A DNA stretch of 64,000 nt from Epiperipatus broadwayi (Eukaryota > Animalia > Onychophora): assembly GCA_028023455.1 (NCBI GenBank), contig JAQFVV010000003.1, positions 15,190,001 to 15,254,000 on the forward strand. The letters run 5' to 3'. The translations under genes were made by a program, and so were the position numbers. Under the pieces are notes generated by a model. The model did not search any database. It saw nothing but the letters and a program-made list of their open reading frames with translations, and was not told the origin of the DNA. Of the stretch, positions 1-13,340 are shown one piece after another; the first letter of the stretch is position 1, and each line of letters begins with the position of its first letter.

Positions 1-1889
1 TGTGTATCTATGAATAGTTCATGCATGCAGATAAAATATTGAAATTTTAAAAAATGTATTAAAAGTGTATTTTAAAAATGGGTACAATCAATCAGTTTTT
101 AATTATTAAAAAATATATGCTTTTGAATAATAGAAGAAAAAAAAGAGATATTTGAATAAAGAGAATGTTTAATCTGAAATTAAATAGTTAATTTTTATTA
201 TTATTAAGTGAATCATTTATTGTAGTAATTAAACTGCAATTAAAAAGTTCATTTTCAGTCTAGACTGTCATGTGACCTAATCATCTGGATTGTTAGAGTT
301 CGGGGTCAGATCAATTAACAAGATTAAAGTATACTAGTAATTCAAATATTTAAAATACTGGAAATGCAGTAGAAAATCTTAAAGTGCACGAATGTATAAA
401 ACTCACACACTAATATAAAAAGGGAATCTTCATCTAAATTTTATTCTTATTATGATTATTAATATTAAAATTTTAACTTTGTTTTAGTTTTGAATTAACT
501 GATTTTAATCAATTATTATTTTTTTTTAAAAAAAGTCCATTTAAAAAATTTGTTTTATGTTTCATCATCATTATGCCTAAATAAAAAAAAGTATGCTATC
601 TAACATATGCTTCCAACTGATTCATCAAATAATGTTTAAAAGAATGATAATTTCCGATGAATTTTGAAAGAAGTCAAAGGAAAAGAGAATTTATGTAAGA
701 AAATTATGCTGTTTCATTTTTATATAAATATAAGCTACATTCTGGAGTTTTGCTATAAGACTATCTCCAACAAGTTTGAACTAACTCTCATTAGTTATTA
801 ATACTAATTATTGTTACTAAAAATAGTCAATATACTTATATCAAGCAAGATATAAAATGATGAACTTTTATAATAGTATTTAGCAGCAATTATTTAAAAT
901 TGTCTTATAACCTTATAACAAAAGACCAATTTATGAAAGTCAACTCTTTAATTATCATAAGGAAAAGACTGTATCCAGATTGTTTTATATAAAAACAAAT
1001 AAACCATCTCATGTTTACTTATTTATTTGAATAGCTTTTTTAAATTGCTGATTGATTCAAATATATTGTTTTATACTTAGAAAAATAAATAAATATAATT
1101 TAAATTTGCAGCATCATAATTAATGTTGCATAAAACGTCAACTTATTATAATACTAAAACCTTATAAAGAGCAATTTATAATTAAAATTATCCTTCTATT
1201 CATTACTCCTCTGATTATCATTGTCCTTAAAAATGTGCTTTGTAAGACATTATTTGCTATTACAATTATCTGCTGTCAGCTCTCATGATTATTTAGAAGT
1301 TGTTAAATTTCATTATGAACATTTTTCAAGAAATTTTATTATAAATCCTCATCTTTGTCTTTGCTCTATCTTAATGAAGAACAGTATTGCGTTCTTATAT
1401 TACTTCAAGAAAGAACAGAAAAAGAACTTGAACTGAGAGATAATTTCTTTACCAAGGGCAGAACATTTAATCTCTAATATAAATATATAAAAAAGAGTAT
1501 TATAATAATTTATATATATTTTTTGATATATTAAATTTATTATAGTATATTATTATTACTGATTATAATATCATAAATATGTTTATGAGAATGGTGTTTG
1601 AGGAATGGAATTAGTAAGACACATTGTAAAAGGGTGTTGATTTTGTGAGTTAGTTTTATTGTTCCAGAGTTTTTTGAGTGAGGATTATTTAAAATTATAT
1701 AAATATTTTACGCAGAGGTATAACAGCCGTTTGTATAATATAAAAAGTATTTCATGAATGAAAATATTATAAATATCAGTATGTGTGTGAGAATATTAAA
1801 AAGTTTCTAAATAAAGTGTTGTCCTTGTTATGCAATAGTAGTTTTGTCATTATACATATAATCTTAAACCAAGTGAATGAATTATACGC

Positions 1890-2500
1890 CTTCTGTATTT
1901 ACATGTGAGATGGATAACCATTCATATGTTTATTATTATTAGTTCGATGCCTCTTATTATTAGTATATCATTTATGAGTCAATTTTAAGTGGATATTATA
2001 GTTCTTTTATATGTATTTAGCCCTTCCATGAAAGAGAGTGTGGCTCATTCATTCATTGGCACCACTTGTACATAGTACTGGATGCACATTCATATTTTTG
2101 TTAGTTCATATTTTTTTTATCCACTATGTCTAGAAATTCATTATTAGAGTATATTTTGGTGTATATTCACAGAAATGTTTGGTTTACAAGTCATCATTAG
2201 CCCCATTATAATTTTTTTAACTTAAAATATATTGTCAGTGTTGATCATAGTTATTTCTTCACTCCAACATAGGTATTGTTAATATTATTTGCATAATATT
2301 TGTTAATATCATATTAACACCCATTAAGTTTCTCCACACTGATATTCAATATTGTTTTTGATTAAGAAAAGAGTATAATATCTCCTAGTAGCCTGAGCAA
2401 GGACATATAGGTATATTGTTTTCTTTTATGGGTACTGGGTTGGAAATAAAGATCATATTTGGTGAATAAGAGTACTATTGGTTAGTAAATATAACTTATA
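1890..2500 (-). mobile_element. Possible heavily decayed non-LTR retrotransposon 3' region (restriction-like-endonuclease type)
   Basis: Broken minus-strand translations (FCEYTPKYTL..., NDILIIRGIELIIINI) loosely resemble the 'YEYTP..LEN...WD...RPDILII' region of REL-type elements. Many stops; recognised by eye only. Confidence 0.2.
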
Positions 2501-2669
2501 TGATAAAATTGTAGTTTTAAAAAAAGTGCACTCCACATCAATAGCAACAATTTGTTAATACAACGCTAAACACTTTCTCCATTAAACATCATATATAAAT
2601 TCTCAACTATAAGATCTATAACAACTAATAAAATTTTTTGATTTAAGGACATACTCAAAAATTATTTAA

Positions 2670-2778
2670 TTTTTTTTTTTTAAGTGTCATAGCATCGGCC
2701 GGGACGTGAACCCGCAACCCAGGCAACTGCTTTCAAGTGCAAGGCAGTCACACTGACCTCTCAACCACCAATGCAAGA
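2670..2778 (-). mobile_element. tRNA-Gly-derived short retroposon (SINE-like), copy 1
   Basis: Minus strand reads GCATTGGTGGTTGAGAGG...CTGCCTTGCA...AGCAGTTG...GGGTTCACGTCCCGGCCGATGC-TATGACACTT-A(n). It has A-box-like and B-box-like motifs, a retained acceptor stem GCATTGG/CCGATGC and a poly(A) tail. Degenerate TSD caaaa-a-tta-tt-taatttt (2656) / caaaa-g-tta-ac-taatttt (2779). Confidence 0.8.
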
Positions 2779-2894
2779 CAAAAGTTAACTAATTTTGAAT
2801 CTGGGATTGGAAAATTTGCATTTTTTTCAAGTTTTAATCATCTTAGAATTTTTTTTTCAGATAGTTAATTTATAACTAATCTAGTAAAACATCT

Positions 2895-5780
2895 AATCAT
2901 CATCATCATCAACAATTATCAATCAACTGCAGGATGAATGTCTCTCCAAGTTCAATCCATCTTCTCCAATCTTTAACTTCTCTTCTCCTCATCAGTCCTG
3001 CATACGTTCTTATTTCATCCACCTCACACGTGGTCTTTTTCTGGGTCTTTTACAATCTCTTGGAATCCAGTTTAAGATTTCAATTGACCATATATTATCA
3101 TCTTTTCTAGAAATATGTCCAGCCCAATTCCACTTCAATCTTTTAATTTTTTCAATAAGGTCAGCAACACCTGTTTGTTCTCTTACCCATATACCGCATT
3201 TTCGATCTCTTCTGGTTACTTCCAACATGCATCTTGCCATACTTCTTTGAGTGGTCTGAAGTCTCTGGTAAAACACCTTTATTAAAAACCTTCATTTTCA
3301 AATACATAGGCATATTTCCTTTTACTATCAAGTTATTTCTACCAAAAGAACTCCAAGTTTAATTCGATGTTTAATTTCATCCATTATGTTTCCATCTGTA
3401 TTAATAATCTGGTCAAGGTATTTGCAACTGTTAACTTTTTCTAACTCATCATAGTCAATCTTTATTTTTATATTTTGAAAAAATCCATTAAACATTACTT
3501 TAGTCTTTTTAACATTTATCGTTAATCCTACTTTCCTACTTTCGTCTGATAACTCTTGCAAAATTTTCTGAAGCTCTAAAGTATTATTTTCAAAAACAAC
3601 TACATCATTTGCAAAATCTAAATGACTTAAATAATTTCCATTCACTTTCACTCATTTAGCTTCCCATTTTAATCCACAAAATATTTCTTGCAGCACTGCT
3701 GTAAAAAGTTTTGGAGATATGAAGTCATGCTGTCTTACACCCTTCTCAATGTTGACTTTCCCAGTATCATTATGTAATCTAATTGTTGCTGTTGCATTTT
3801 TATAAATATTCTTTAAAATATGACAATATCTGGATCTATATTTTGATGATCCAATGCTTTAATATTAAAGAAATGTTTATAGAATCAAATGCCTTTTCAT
3901 AATCTACAAATCCAAAGCATAATGGCAACTCACATTCATTTGTTCTTTTTATAACTTCTCTCAATACCTGGATATGATTTACTGTATTAAAACTACTTTT
4001 AAATCCTGCTTCTTCTCTTGGATGGTGGAAATCCAATGTTCTCTGTAGATGAGTTGTAATTATCTTGGTAAAAATTTTGTATAAAACTGACAAAAGACTG
4101 TTAGATCTGTAATTTCTAATATCTTCTTTATCACCTTTTTAAAATATTAAGATTAATACTGCTTTCTTCCAATCATCTGATACATCTTTATCATTTAGAC
4201 ACTTGGTATATAATTTTGCTAAAAAAATTCTATTTCTTCACCTGCTTCTTTTAATATATCAATCATAATTCCATCCTTACCTAGATCCTTCCCTTTCTTC
4301 ATACATTTAATTGCATTTCTCACTTCTTTATTTAAAATTCTTGGCAATTCAGAAAATATAATAAATATAGGAGGTACTTGTTCTTTATTACTATATAATT
4401 CTTGATAAAAGTCTTCTATCCATTTCATGATGTCATCTCTCTTTTTAGTAATAATTCCATCTTTTTTCTTATTGCAGATATAAATTTCCTACTAATACTG
4501 AAATGTTGTTTCCACTCTTGAGACTTTTATTCTCTTCTACAGGTTCTCTTGCTAGTTCACAGTTATATTTTCTTACATCATTTTCAACTGTTTTCTGCAC
4601 CATTTTACAAAATTCGAGATATTCAATCTTTTTTAATCCATCATTTTTGTATATCTTCTTTTCTTCATAAATTCTCTAGTCTCAATAGAAATTTTATTAG
4701 TCAATTGCTGCTTTATTCTACCAGCTATGTTTGTTGTAGTTGTTAAAAGTGTATCAGTTATTTTCTTATTAATTTCATTCAAATCTGAATCGTGTTCTAA
4801 CTCTACTAATACTTGAAACCAATTTGTTAAGTTCTAATTTAAATTCATTAGAATGTTTCTGAAGATTAGGAATATCAATTGTAAATATTGTTTTTATTAA
4901 TAATTTTTATTTCTCTAGTTTTGCCTTAACATGTATCTTACATCTTACTAATCGATGATCACTTCCTGTGCTAAATTTATTAAGAACATTACAATCTTGA
5001 AATATGTATTTTTTGTTGTTCAAAATATAATCCAATTGTGCTATATCTTCATTTGGATCATTCCATGTCCATTTCCTTTTAACATTTTTTTCAAAAAAAA
5101 GAATTCATAATATAATGTGTTTTTTTTTTCTGCAAACTCCACAAGTCTACATACTCTCTCATTTCTATTACCATAACCAAAATTACCTACAGCACTTTCA
5201 TCTTTTATTTGTTTACGAATTATAGCATGAAAGTCTCCCATAACAATTTTAAAATGTTGTTTACTCTGATCAAAAGCCTTTTGTACATCCATATAAAAAT
5301 CTTCTACTATTTCATCACTATGAGAATTTGTTGAGGCATAAACCTGAATTATCTGCATTTGGTATCTGCTATTAAGTTGTATAACTAATCTTGCCACTCT
5401 GTCCGATACAACATCAATTTCCACAATGTTGTTTTTTCACTTTATTTATAATGAATACTACTACACTTGTATTTCCAATATTTGTGCCTTTATAATAGAG
5501 TACAGGTCCACTTTTTAAATCAATTGTCTCTTCATTTTTTCTTCTAACTTCACAAATTCCAATAGTGTCCCATTTAATATAAGACAGTTCTTTGTCTAAT
5601 TCTTGCAATTTTCCTTCACTTGAAAGTGATCTGAAGTTATAAGTATATAAATAAAAAGTCATTATCAAATGGCAGCCTGAGTGCACAATCAGGGGATTTT
5701 CAGAACCCCTCACCTTCAACCAGCAATTGCTGCCTTGGTTGGTGACTTTACAGCCTCCTGGGATAAGGGTCATGATTTAT
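2895..5780 (-). mobile_element. RTE-clade LINE, near full length, inactivated (APE endonuclease + reverse transcriptase)
   Basis: Collinear minus-strand ORF fragments give APE motifs YNFRSL, GICEVRR, IIQVYAST and GDFHA; RT motifs FVDYEKAFDS, GVRQHDFISPKLF and HLDFANDVVVF; and the C-terminal RLKWNWAGH...PRKRPRVRW. A (TGA)n tail lies at ~2897-2910. There are many frameshifts and stops, and a short deletion near 3280 relative to the 63-kb copy. Confidence 0.95.
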
Positions 5781-5927
5781 TTTTGTCTGTCATAATTGTA
5801 TATATGTATTGAAAAAATATTTATCATTTACACAAACATTCATTCTGCTTTATCAGGCAACTGAGAAGAAAGACTATAGTGTTTCTTGATCTTAAACACA
5901 GAGATAAAAAAACCAATAAACTCACCA

Positions 5928-6003
5928 TACTGGCTAATGTGTGTTGGTGAGCAGCCCATCTATGTTCATATACTGTATGCATAATGGCATAGCAATAACG
6001 GCT
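5928..6003 (-). CDS. Candidate internal exon of an unidentified gene (RYCYAIMHTVYEHRWAAHQHTLASM)
   Basis: Acceptor ttcttgtcattgcag, donor ATG|gtgagt, one open frame, within a GC-elevated island (5930-6140). Protein not recognised. Confidence 0.3.
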
Positions 6004-7039
6004 GCAATGACAAGAATGTATGGAGTGGACATTAAGAATTTACCCTGCTCCGTTCGTTTAAGGCTTCCAAGAGGAATCAAATGGTCTCCTTTCTGTTAAT
6101 AGCTAATTCCTTTCTGCAGCCAACCATCTAATATTGGGTGGTAAATCAATATGACAAATATCTTAAATTAAAGGCAATTTTATTTTTATATCTCATTTTA
6201 CTGTTTCAGAGATTTCTGCAGCAAGGAGACATACTTTTATTAATAAACTAAGATTATATCAAATAATGCAAGTAACTGAATAAAAATACAAAGTTTGAAA
6301 AGAATCTCAAACTTCATAATGACCTTTTATTCAAAGCAAATCATATTAACTTGTCTATTATTTCACGATCTTATGAATTAACAATTCTTATCTTAAACTA
6401 CGATATCATTAATTACCATTCATGCAAATATATGTAACAAAACACTCCTACTGTTGAATGTCCATATTATCTTTTAGTAATAAATACTTCTAAAACATTT
6501 TATTGTTAACTGTTAATATAAACAATGTAAAATAATTGATAAGAAGAGCAAAATTTTATTGCCAGATATAATGTTTATTAGAAATAATTACTGTGAATTA
6601 TTTATCTCTCCCAAATGTTTTGCAGAAAAAATTATTTAAATGTCAAATTAATAAATTTATTATTCGGATAAGATATAGGCCAAAATTTGTTAAAGGGAAT
6701 TAAGTAATTTTTTTTATGGGGATGAAGAAGCTTTATTAAATAAATTTACAAGATTATATAATAGACAGGGTATGTGCACAGATGTTTTTGGTTTAATGTT
6801 TGTGGTGATTATATTGTAATTATAATTATATGATGGTCTGTTTCCATCATTTAATATTAATTGTTAAATGTTTGCTTTTTTTAAAAATCAAACTTACATT
6901 CTACTATAAGAAATATCAAGCAGATTAACCCACCGTTTGAAATGGTATTATTTTTTCATTTCTTCTAGTTTTGTATGCCTGCTCAGTGACTGCATTAAAT
7001 AAAAGAATTGAATCTGGGAATCTTTAGAGCATTGCTTAA

Positions 7040-7110
7040 AATTTAGTAATCATAAATCTAGAGATACCAGGTTCAATTCCCTTGATAGCATTTGCCACTT
7101 ATCAGACCAG
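7040..7110 (+). mobile_element. Decayed tRNA-like/SINE fragment
   Basis: B-box-like GGTTCAATTCCC preceded by a tRNA-Met-like TCATAAATCTAGAG; the A box is not clear. Confidence 0.25.
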
Positions 7111-7150
7111 CAACACTTGAAGAGAATAATTTTCATTCCACCCTCATCGT

Positions 7151-8291
7151 ATGTAAAATTATATCTTTTCAATATAATTTCAGTTATTTTTAACGAGTTG
7201 CTAATACGCCTGCAAATAATTTCGATCATATATCTGTTTCCGAAATTAATTTTGGTTTTGATACTTACAGAAAACTGAATAATTCAAATGAAAAAAAATA
7301 TTTTTTTTTTCATTTTTACGTCTAAACATTCGTTTAACTGCATTATTGCAGAGAGCCAGAGGACAAACATTTAATGAAATTCACAGTTTTCATGGAAAAC
7401 AAGCACAAAGTAATAGATACATTAATACCTACAAAAATCAGATGTTAACTATGTTATTGCTTTTGCCAATGGATTGTATATTCAGAAAATTCTGGGCTTA
7501 AAACAAGATTTTTCTGGAAAATATTATAAAGGAGCTCTACAAACTATTGACTTTTATAAGACTCAAGCCAAAGCTAAAAATAATATTAATAAATGAATTT
7601 TTTTTAAAAAGGGATTTAAAAAAAAGAAAAATTCCAGAATTTCTTAAATATTTGGATGCTACAACTAGATTGGTTCTGGCAAATGTAATATATTTTAAAG
7701 GGGTGTGAAATACATAATTTTTAAACAATACAAGAGAAGAAAAATTTATCACTGCAAATGGGTAAATAATGAAAACCTCCACGATGACAATTTCTAATAC
7801 AAAATTTAACTATAGTGTAATTTTTGTTTTAAACTGTCAGATTATTGAAATCCCCTATAAAGAATTTAGTTATAATATGATTATTCTATTACTCTGCAGA
7901 ATTGATAGATTCGGAGATTTAGAGAAACATTTAAATTATACAACTTTTAAATACATACTATCTAATATTTTTTTATTTTTTATCAAAGAGTTGAAAATAT
8001 TAAAATTGAAAATTAATATAGATTACAAATTAACTTCTATATTCAGACAAATAGGTTGTACAGCTTTTTTTTGATAATAATACTAATTTCTCAGATATAT
8101 CTGAAAGAAGATTAAAAATTTCTGATACCAGTCACCAAACAGTAATTGAAGTCCATGAAAAAGATATCCAAGCTATTCCAGCTACTTCGACTAAGATTGT
8201 AAAGCTTTCACGTCTACCATTCAAATTCATTGCAGATCATCCATTTCTTAATATTTTGTTTATGGAAAAATTCATTAATCCTAAAGAATAA
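7151..8291 (+). pseudogene. Intronless serpin (serine protease inhibitor) pseudogene, secreted type
   Basis: Joining frames gives a whole serpin: signal-like M-KLYLFNIISVIF; SEINFGFDTYRKL..NIFFS..ALLQRARGQT; FANGLYIQK; IDFYKTQAKAKNNINK*; TRLVLANVIYFKGV*; QIIEIPYK..MIILL; NFSDIS..LKISDTSHQTVIEVHEKD..; FIADHPFL-NILFMEKFINPKE*. Stops at 7594, 7706, 7715 and 7763; frameshifts in homopolymers at ~7295-7310 and ~8070 and around 7400-7440. Confidence 0.92.
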
Positions 8292-9049
8292 AAAAAAACA
8301 TATTTAATTGTAAATTCTTTTTTTTAAAATTGAAATATAAAATTCATTTAACATATGTGTATTGTATTATTTTGTCGATATAGCTTTTAATTGGTTGACA
8401 AACGATGGTAAACTAACACGATTAAATTTGATTATAACTTGGTCCTAGTGCCTTAATTTGTGTTACTCAAAACACTTTCTAGCAGATAATTTAATAAATA
8501 AATATAACCCATATATATGATTTGTTGATTCGTAATCACATGTTCCTCAAGGCCCGCCCTCACATAAAAACAAGATGAGCATAATAATTGATTAAACTAA
8601 AGTTTTTAACATTTTTTGACTTAATATTAATATTAGTATAATTTGGTAAAACCATTGCATATATATATTTTAAGCACATGTGGGGTATTTCATGCCATAG
8701 TGTTTGTATATATGCATAGTCACTACATTCTAATATGAAAGGCAAGCAATTAGAAAGACATTTTGAAGGTATATTTTGAGTACATATAAAAAGCAAGTTC
8801 ACTTTAAGAAAAATATATGATTTAATTATAATCATCTTTATTATTTTAAGAAAAATATATGATTTAATTATAATCATATTTATTATTTATCTATCAAAGA
8901 AAAAGGTCTCATTAACCAAAACCATAATATTTTTATACCTTGATCTACTTTTTAAATGCATTTACATTTTCATTTTAAGATCATTTACTATCTTTATCTA
9001 ATGTGTATAGTTTTTTAAATAACTTTTATGATATTCTTTCTCAAAGTGT

Positions 9050-9560
9050 CTGTTAGTTTAGTTTCTTTCATTTTTCATTATTTTCTCAATAAATAGTTTT
9101 TTTACCAGTCTTTTCAAATGCTCCTCTCTTTAATTCTTCTCCAAATCCATATCAGAAAAGCTACGAATTTTTCTTCTCTCTTTTTTTCTAATAGTTTATG
9201 TTGTCCTCTCTATAGAAAGTAATATCCTAAGTATAATATTTAAGAATCTCCTTTTTAAATTTATTTTTTTCTTGTTGCTATCCTCACTGTAATGAGTAAT
9301 CATTATTTTTATTACCAGTTATTTTATTTACAAAATAGCTTTCTATATAATTCTTCATCTTAATATTTTATTTCACTAGTTATATTTATTGCTCTGGATT
9401 TATTATATATTTTTTTATTCCCCAAATTTTCTACAAGGTCTTTTAATCCTACAAGCCATATTGTTTTACCATTCTCAATCTTTACAAGTATCGCCATATC
9501 AACAACAAACCTGATCAGTGACTTTATCTCTAATACTAAAATCATTATCATCAAAATCTA
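9050..9560 (-). mobile_element. Decayed LINE endonuclease-region fragment
   Basis: Broken translation resembles the 'G.YG....NENG..L...' region of APE domains; very degenerate. Confidence 0.25.
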
Positions 9561-9984
9561 ATTTCTTTAATAGCTCATCAAAGTATATATATTAAACAAA
9601 AAAAGTGCTAAACAATAATTTTTGCTATACGCCTATATGTATTTAACCATCTACAAAAAGGCATTGGATATCACATGACCTCATATTGTTGTTGATATTA
9701 ACTTTTCTAGCTACAAGGTAAGTAGAAAGAAGTCTGCAGTTGGCATAAAACTGTGGTCTTTAAAATATATAAAAATATATTTAATGTCAGATCTACATAA
9801 CTATGCAAAAAAATTTGCTTGAATTCAAAACCTTAAATTTTTTTTTTAACTTCAGGCTTTTGTTTGAATGATATTAAGGAATAAAGATGGCTGCTAGATG
9901 AATAAGTACATTAGTTCCAGTTTTTATTTATACATTTTTTGTGGATTAAGGAAAAAGTCAGAAATTGATATGAAAATTGGTATA

Positions 9985-10203
9985 AAACAATGACAAACTT
10001 TCCACACAATAGGACCACCCACTGAAAGCCATAATAATTAATGAATGTGAGGTTAGTGCTGAAAATCCCTATTTAGTACCTACTCATCCAATATCCTGAA
10101 ACTACTTTTTATCTTATGACTTTTATCAATGAGGAATCTTGGATCTGAGAGCATTGCAACTAGATGTTAAGTTCTAATGTAATCATCCAGCAGCCATCTT
10201 TTA
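9985..10203 (-). mobile_element. HHR family 1 element, single arm plus upstream part (decayed)
   Basis: Alignable with the 54.6-kb element. Its HHR is mutated (TCCTCA TTGATAA AAGTCATAAGATA AAAAG TAGTT TCAGGA). Confidence 0.7.
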
Positions 10204-10270
10204 CCCCTTTAGTTAACTATATATTTAGTTTGCTTAATAATTTAAGTTATCTTCATCACAAAAAAGTATG

Positions 10271-10669
10271 ATATTGAGCCAACAAACATCAGACAGTCAT
10301 CATTTCCTCTATTTATACAAGCTGCTAAAACAGTGACAAAATTTCCATACAATAGTACCACCCAGTGCAAGCCATAGTGATCAATGGATGCAAAAAAGGT
10401 GCAGTGCTTTCAGATCCAAGGTTCCTCACTGATGAAAGCAATGAGCTAGTATAATTTATAAAAATCCAAAATTGAGAAAACCTTAAGATGCTTAAATTTG
10501 CAGCTTATATTCATACTTTAAGATAGGGATTTTATGCATAAATCTTTTTGTGTCCATTGATTACTATGGCTTGCACTGGATGGTTTACTCTATGGAGACT
10601 TTTCCACTGTTTTAACAGCTTGTGTAAGCATAAGAAATGGTGATCATGTGACATTTATTGGTTTAATAC
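10271..10669. mobile_element. HHR family 1 fold-back copy with internal deletion
   Basis: Inverted arms (gctgctaaaacagtgacaaaatttccatac... / ...atggagacttttccactgttttaacagc). Contains GGTTCCTCA-CTGATGA-AAGC at 10420-10439 and is alignable with 54585-54986. Confidence 0.8.
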
Positions 10670-11199
10670 TATTCCTACTCATATGACAATGGTAACTTAG
10701 GTTATTAAAGAATCAAAAACATCAAAATATACAGATTCTGAACTTGATCTATATTACTATACAAGTAAATGAGTTTGGATTGAAATCATTATGTTTTTAT
10801 TTTGGACTCATAGCTTTACAGTTAACTAAAGAGGAAGCTTGCATTAGATTCTAAGATCTATATATAGAGCTCTCAGATCATACTATGCAGTGTCCACTGA
10901 TTAATCAAATATAGAATAGAGAACTCTAAAATAGAATGAAAAGGGATTGTTTTTGAAAACTATTAACTCTAACATCTTCTGATATAAATATACAAATATT
11001 TTAACTATTTCTGTTTTCAATTTATATCCCCCCCCCCCAATATTCAACTAATGAAAAAATAATAATTATTGTCTTCAACATTAGAAATTTTATGTCCTGT
11101 CTTTTCTAAATTGAAACTATTAATACTTGTAAGCTACATCTTACTAAGGTATGAGATTAAGTTAATTATTATAAAATCATTTTTTTCTACATTACATTT

Positions 11200-11800
11200 T
11201 TTTAACTAGGTGAACTACAATAGTTTAGTAGAAAATCCATACCAACTCACATTCAAAGTATCAATTAATTTTTCAAACTTCTTTCCATCATTATTCATCT
11301 GCAATCCCACCCATTCTCTCATGATTGTCATTCCATTGAAAACTTTTATAACTTCTTTCTTCATTATTACTGAACCTACTTTATCCTCATCTATTTAGCT
11401 TTTTTTTTTTTTTACTTAATATAGATCAAATTTTGTTACTTTTATCATATAAATCATGTGCATATTCATTTCAATGCCTATACTAATAAATTATCATTTC
11501 TGTCTTTAATTATTAATTTATTTCTGGATTATGGTTTTTTTCTAGATTAAGCTCTTTCTGGCTAACTTATTTTACTGAATAATGTTTTAAATCTATTCCA
11601 CCATTATTTGTAATTCTTTTTTTAAGTCAATCTTTCTCAACATCATCTATTCCATGTTTTAATACTCTGCTAACTTTCTATAATACACAGACTTCTAAAG
11701 AATTCATATTTTCTCATCATCTCATCATTTAATCAGGATTGTTTTGGATATTTACTTCTTTTTATAGGTTATAATTTTAATGCAATGACTTTTAAATAAT
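11200..11800 (-). mobile_element. Decayed LINE ORF2 fragment (EN-RT linker region)
   Basis: Lys/Glu-rich broken translation similar in character to the linker of the RTE copy at 4200-4800. Confidence 0.25.
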
Positions 11801-12749
11801 TTGAATAATGCTCATCTTTTATTTGAATTAATTCTTTTAATTAGACTATCACTGTTTATTCATATATATGTTATTTTGATAGCTAGTTTATAGTTTTTTT
11901 TATCTATTAATCATATATCAAGAGTATCCAGTTATTTTGAGCCAAAGTTATCTTAAAAATAAAATAAAAACAACAATTCAATCCATTATTATCTTGCATT
12001 TGGATAAAGTGATGACTAATGCATTTTTGATAAGGTCTGTTAAAGAGAACTTTGACCTGCCACTTCTTATGTATCACAATCTTATTTATAATTTAAAATT
12101 CACTCTTAAAATTGAAATGTATCATTGCAGGAACTCACAGATCTTGACTGGTGAATTTATATATTTCATCTGCTTAAAAAGTATCAGATTGGTGTCAGTG
12201 TTAAGAGATGATACACAAAACAGTTGTAAACAAAATATAATCCTGGCATTGATAATTCCTGTGCAGAATTGTTCAGTATAGAATTATTTTTTGCACTACC
12301 ACTGCAAACAAGTCATGTGTAACTATACTTATGAGTGTGGACAGAGAAAATACATTTTTGCAGGTGAAGGCAAGAATTAGTATAATACTGAATTACGTAT
12401 TTATATTTTTCAATCATTAATATAAACTAACATTAATAAAAGTTTTAAATAATTAAATATAATTTGATAAATGAATTTTTAATAACATGACACCAAATAA
12501 ATATAAAATATATTTAATAAAAACACAAATATATAATTGAAATACTGAAGCTATCAGAATTATTTATCAATATTTCTCCACTAAAAGTTTTATGAGTTTA
12601 CTCATTCAAAATTTTTTCTATGTTAAGAATGGTAAGTCTATCCAAATTATATTCAATGTAGGTTTTCTTGTAACACTTTTTAATGTATTTTTAATTAACT
12701 ATTTTTTGTTAAAAAGGCTTTTAATAACCAGCACTAAAAGTCATTCATC

Positions 12750-13150
12750 AAAGTTGAATGAATACACATAAATATTGGTATTTTGAAAAATTTGGATCAA
12801 GCTATTACTCTTTAAATAATAGGGAATAGAGCATAAATTTAATAACCATAGATAAAGCTCCACTTTATTGAAACTTCCAGTTGATGATGATAGTTGTAAT
12901 AAAAATTATAAAAATTGAATAAAATCATATTAACTTGTGGTATTTGAAGAGCAACAAGAATCTTGGCTTAGCTAAAAAAATTGGTCGGTTGAAAGGAATC
13001 TTTATAGTTATTAGCATGTTCCCTCCCCCAATGTTTGTAATTATGTGATTAAAGTCTAAAAGAGAATTGTTAATTATAGATAACATTATGATGTGTAAAA
13101 AGAAAAAGGTTAAAAAATACATAGGGTCATGGACTATAGTCAAAATCTGA
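12750..13150 (-). pseudogene. COX3: Possible old NUMT of mitochondrial COX3
   Basis: With TGA read as Trp, one minus frame gives DYSPWP, then KHWGRE (cf. QWWRD), LQIPQVNMIL (cf. FQIPLLNTAIL) and YHH (cf. WAHH), in COX3 order. Otherwise very degraded. Confidence 0.35.
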
Positions 13151-13340
13151 AGTTAAGTAAAATATAATTTCTAGCCTATTAAAAATAATTCAAATTTCAA
13201 TAAAATCATAAATAATTTTTATTGTTATAAGTTATTGCTTGCTAAAAATATAATACAAGCTTATAAAAAATAAATTCCTGTAAAGTACATTAATAAATAT
13301 AAAACAATGATTGCTACATTTGAAAGCTATGTGAGATTTA

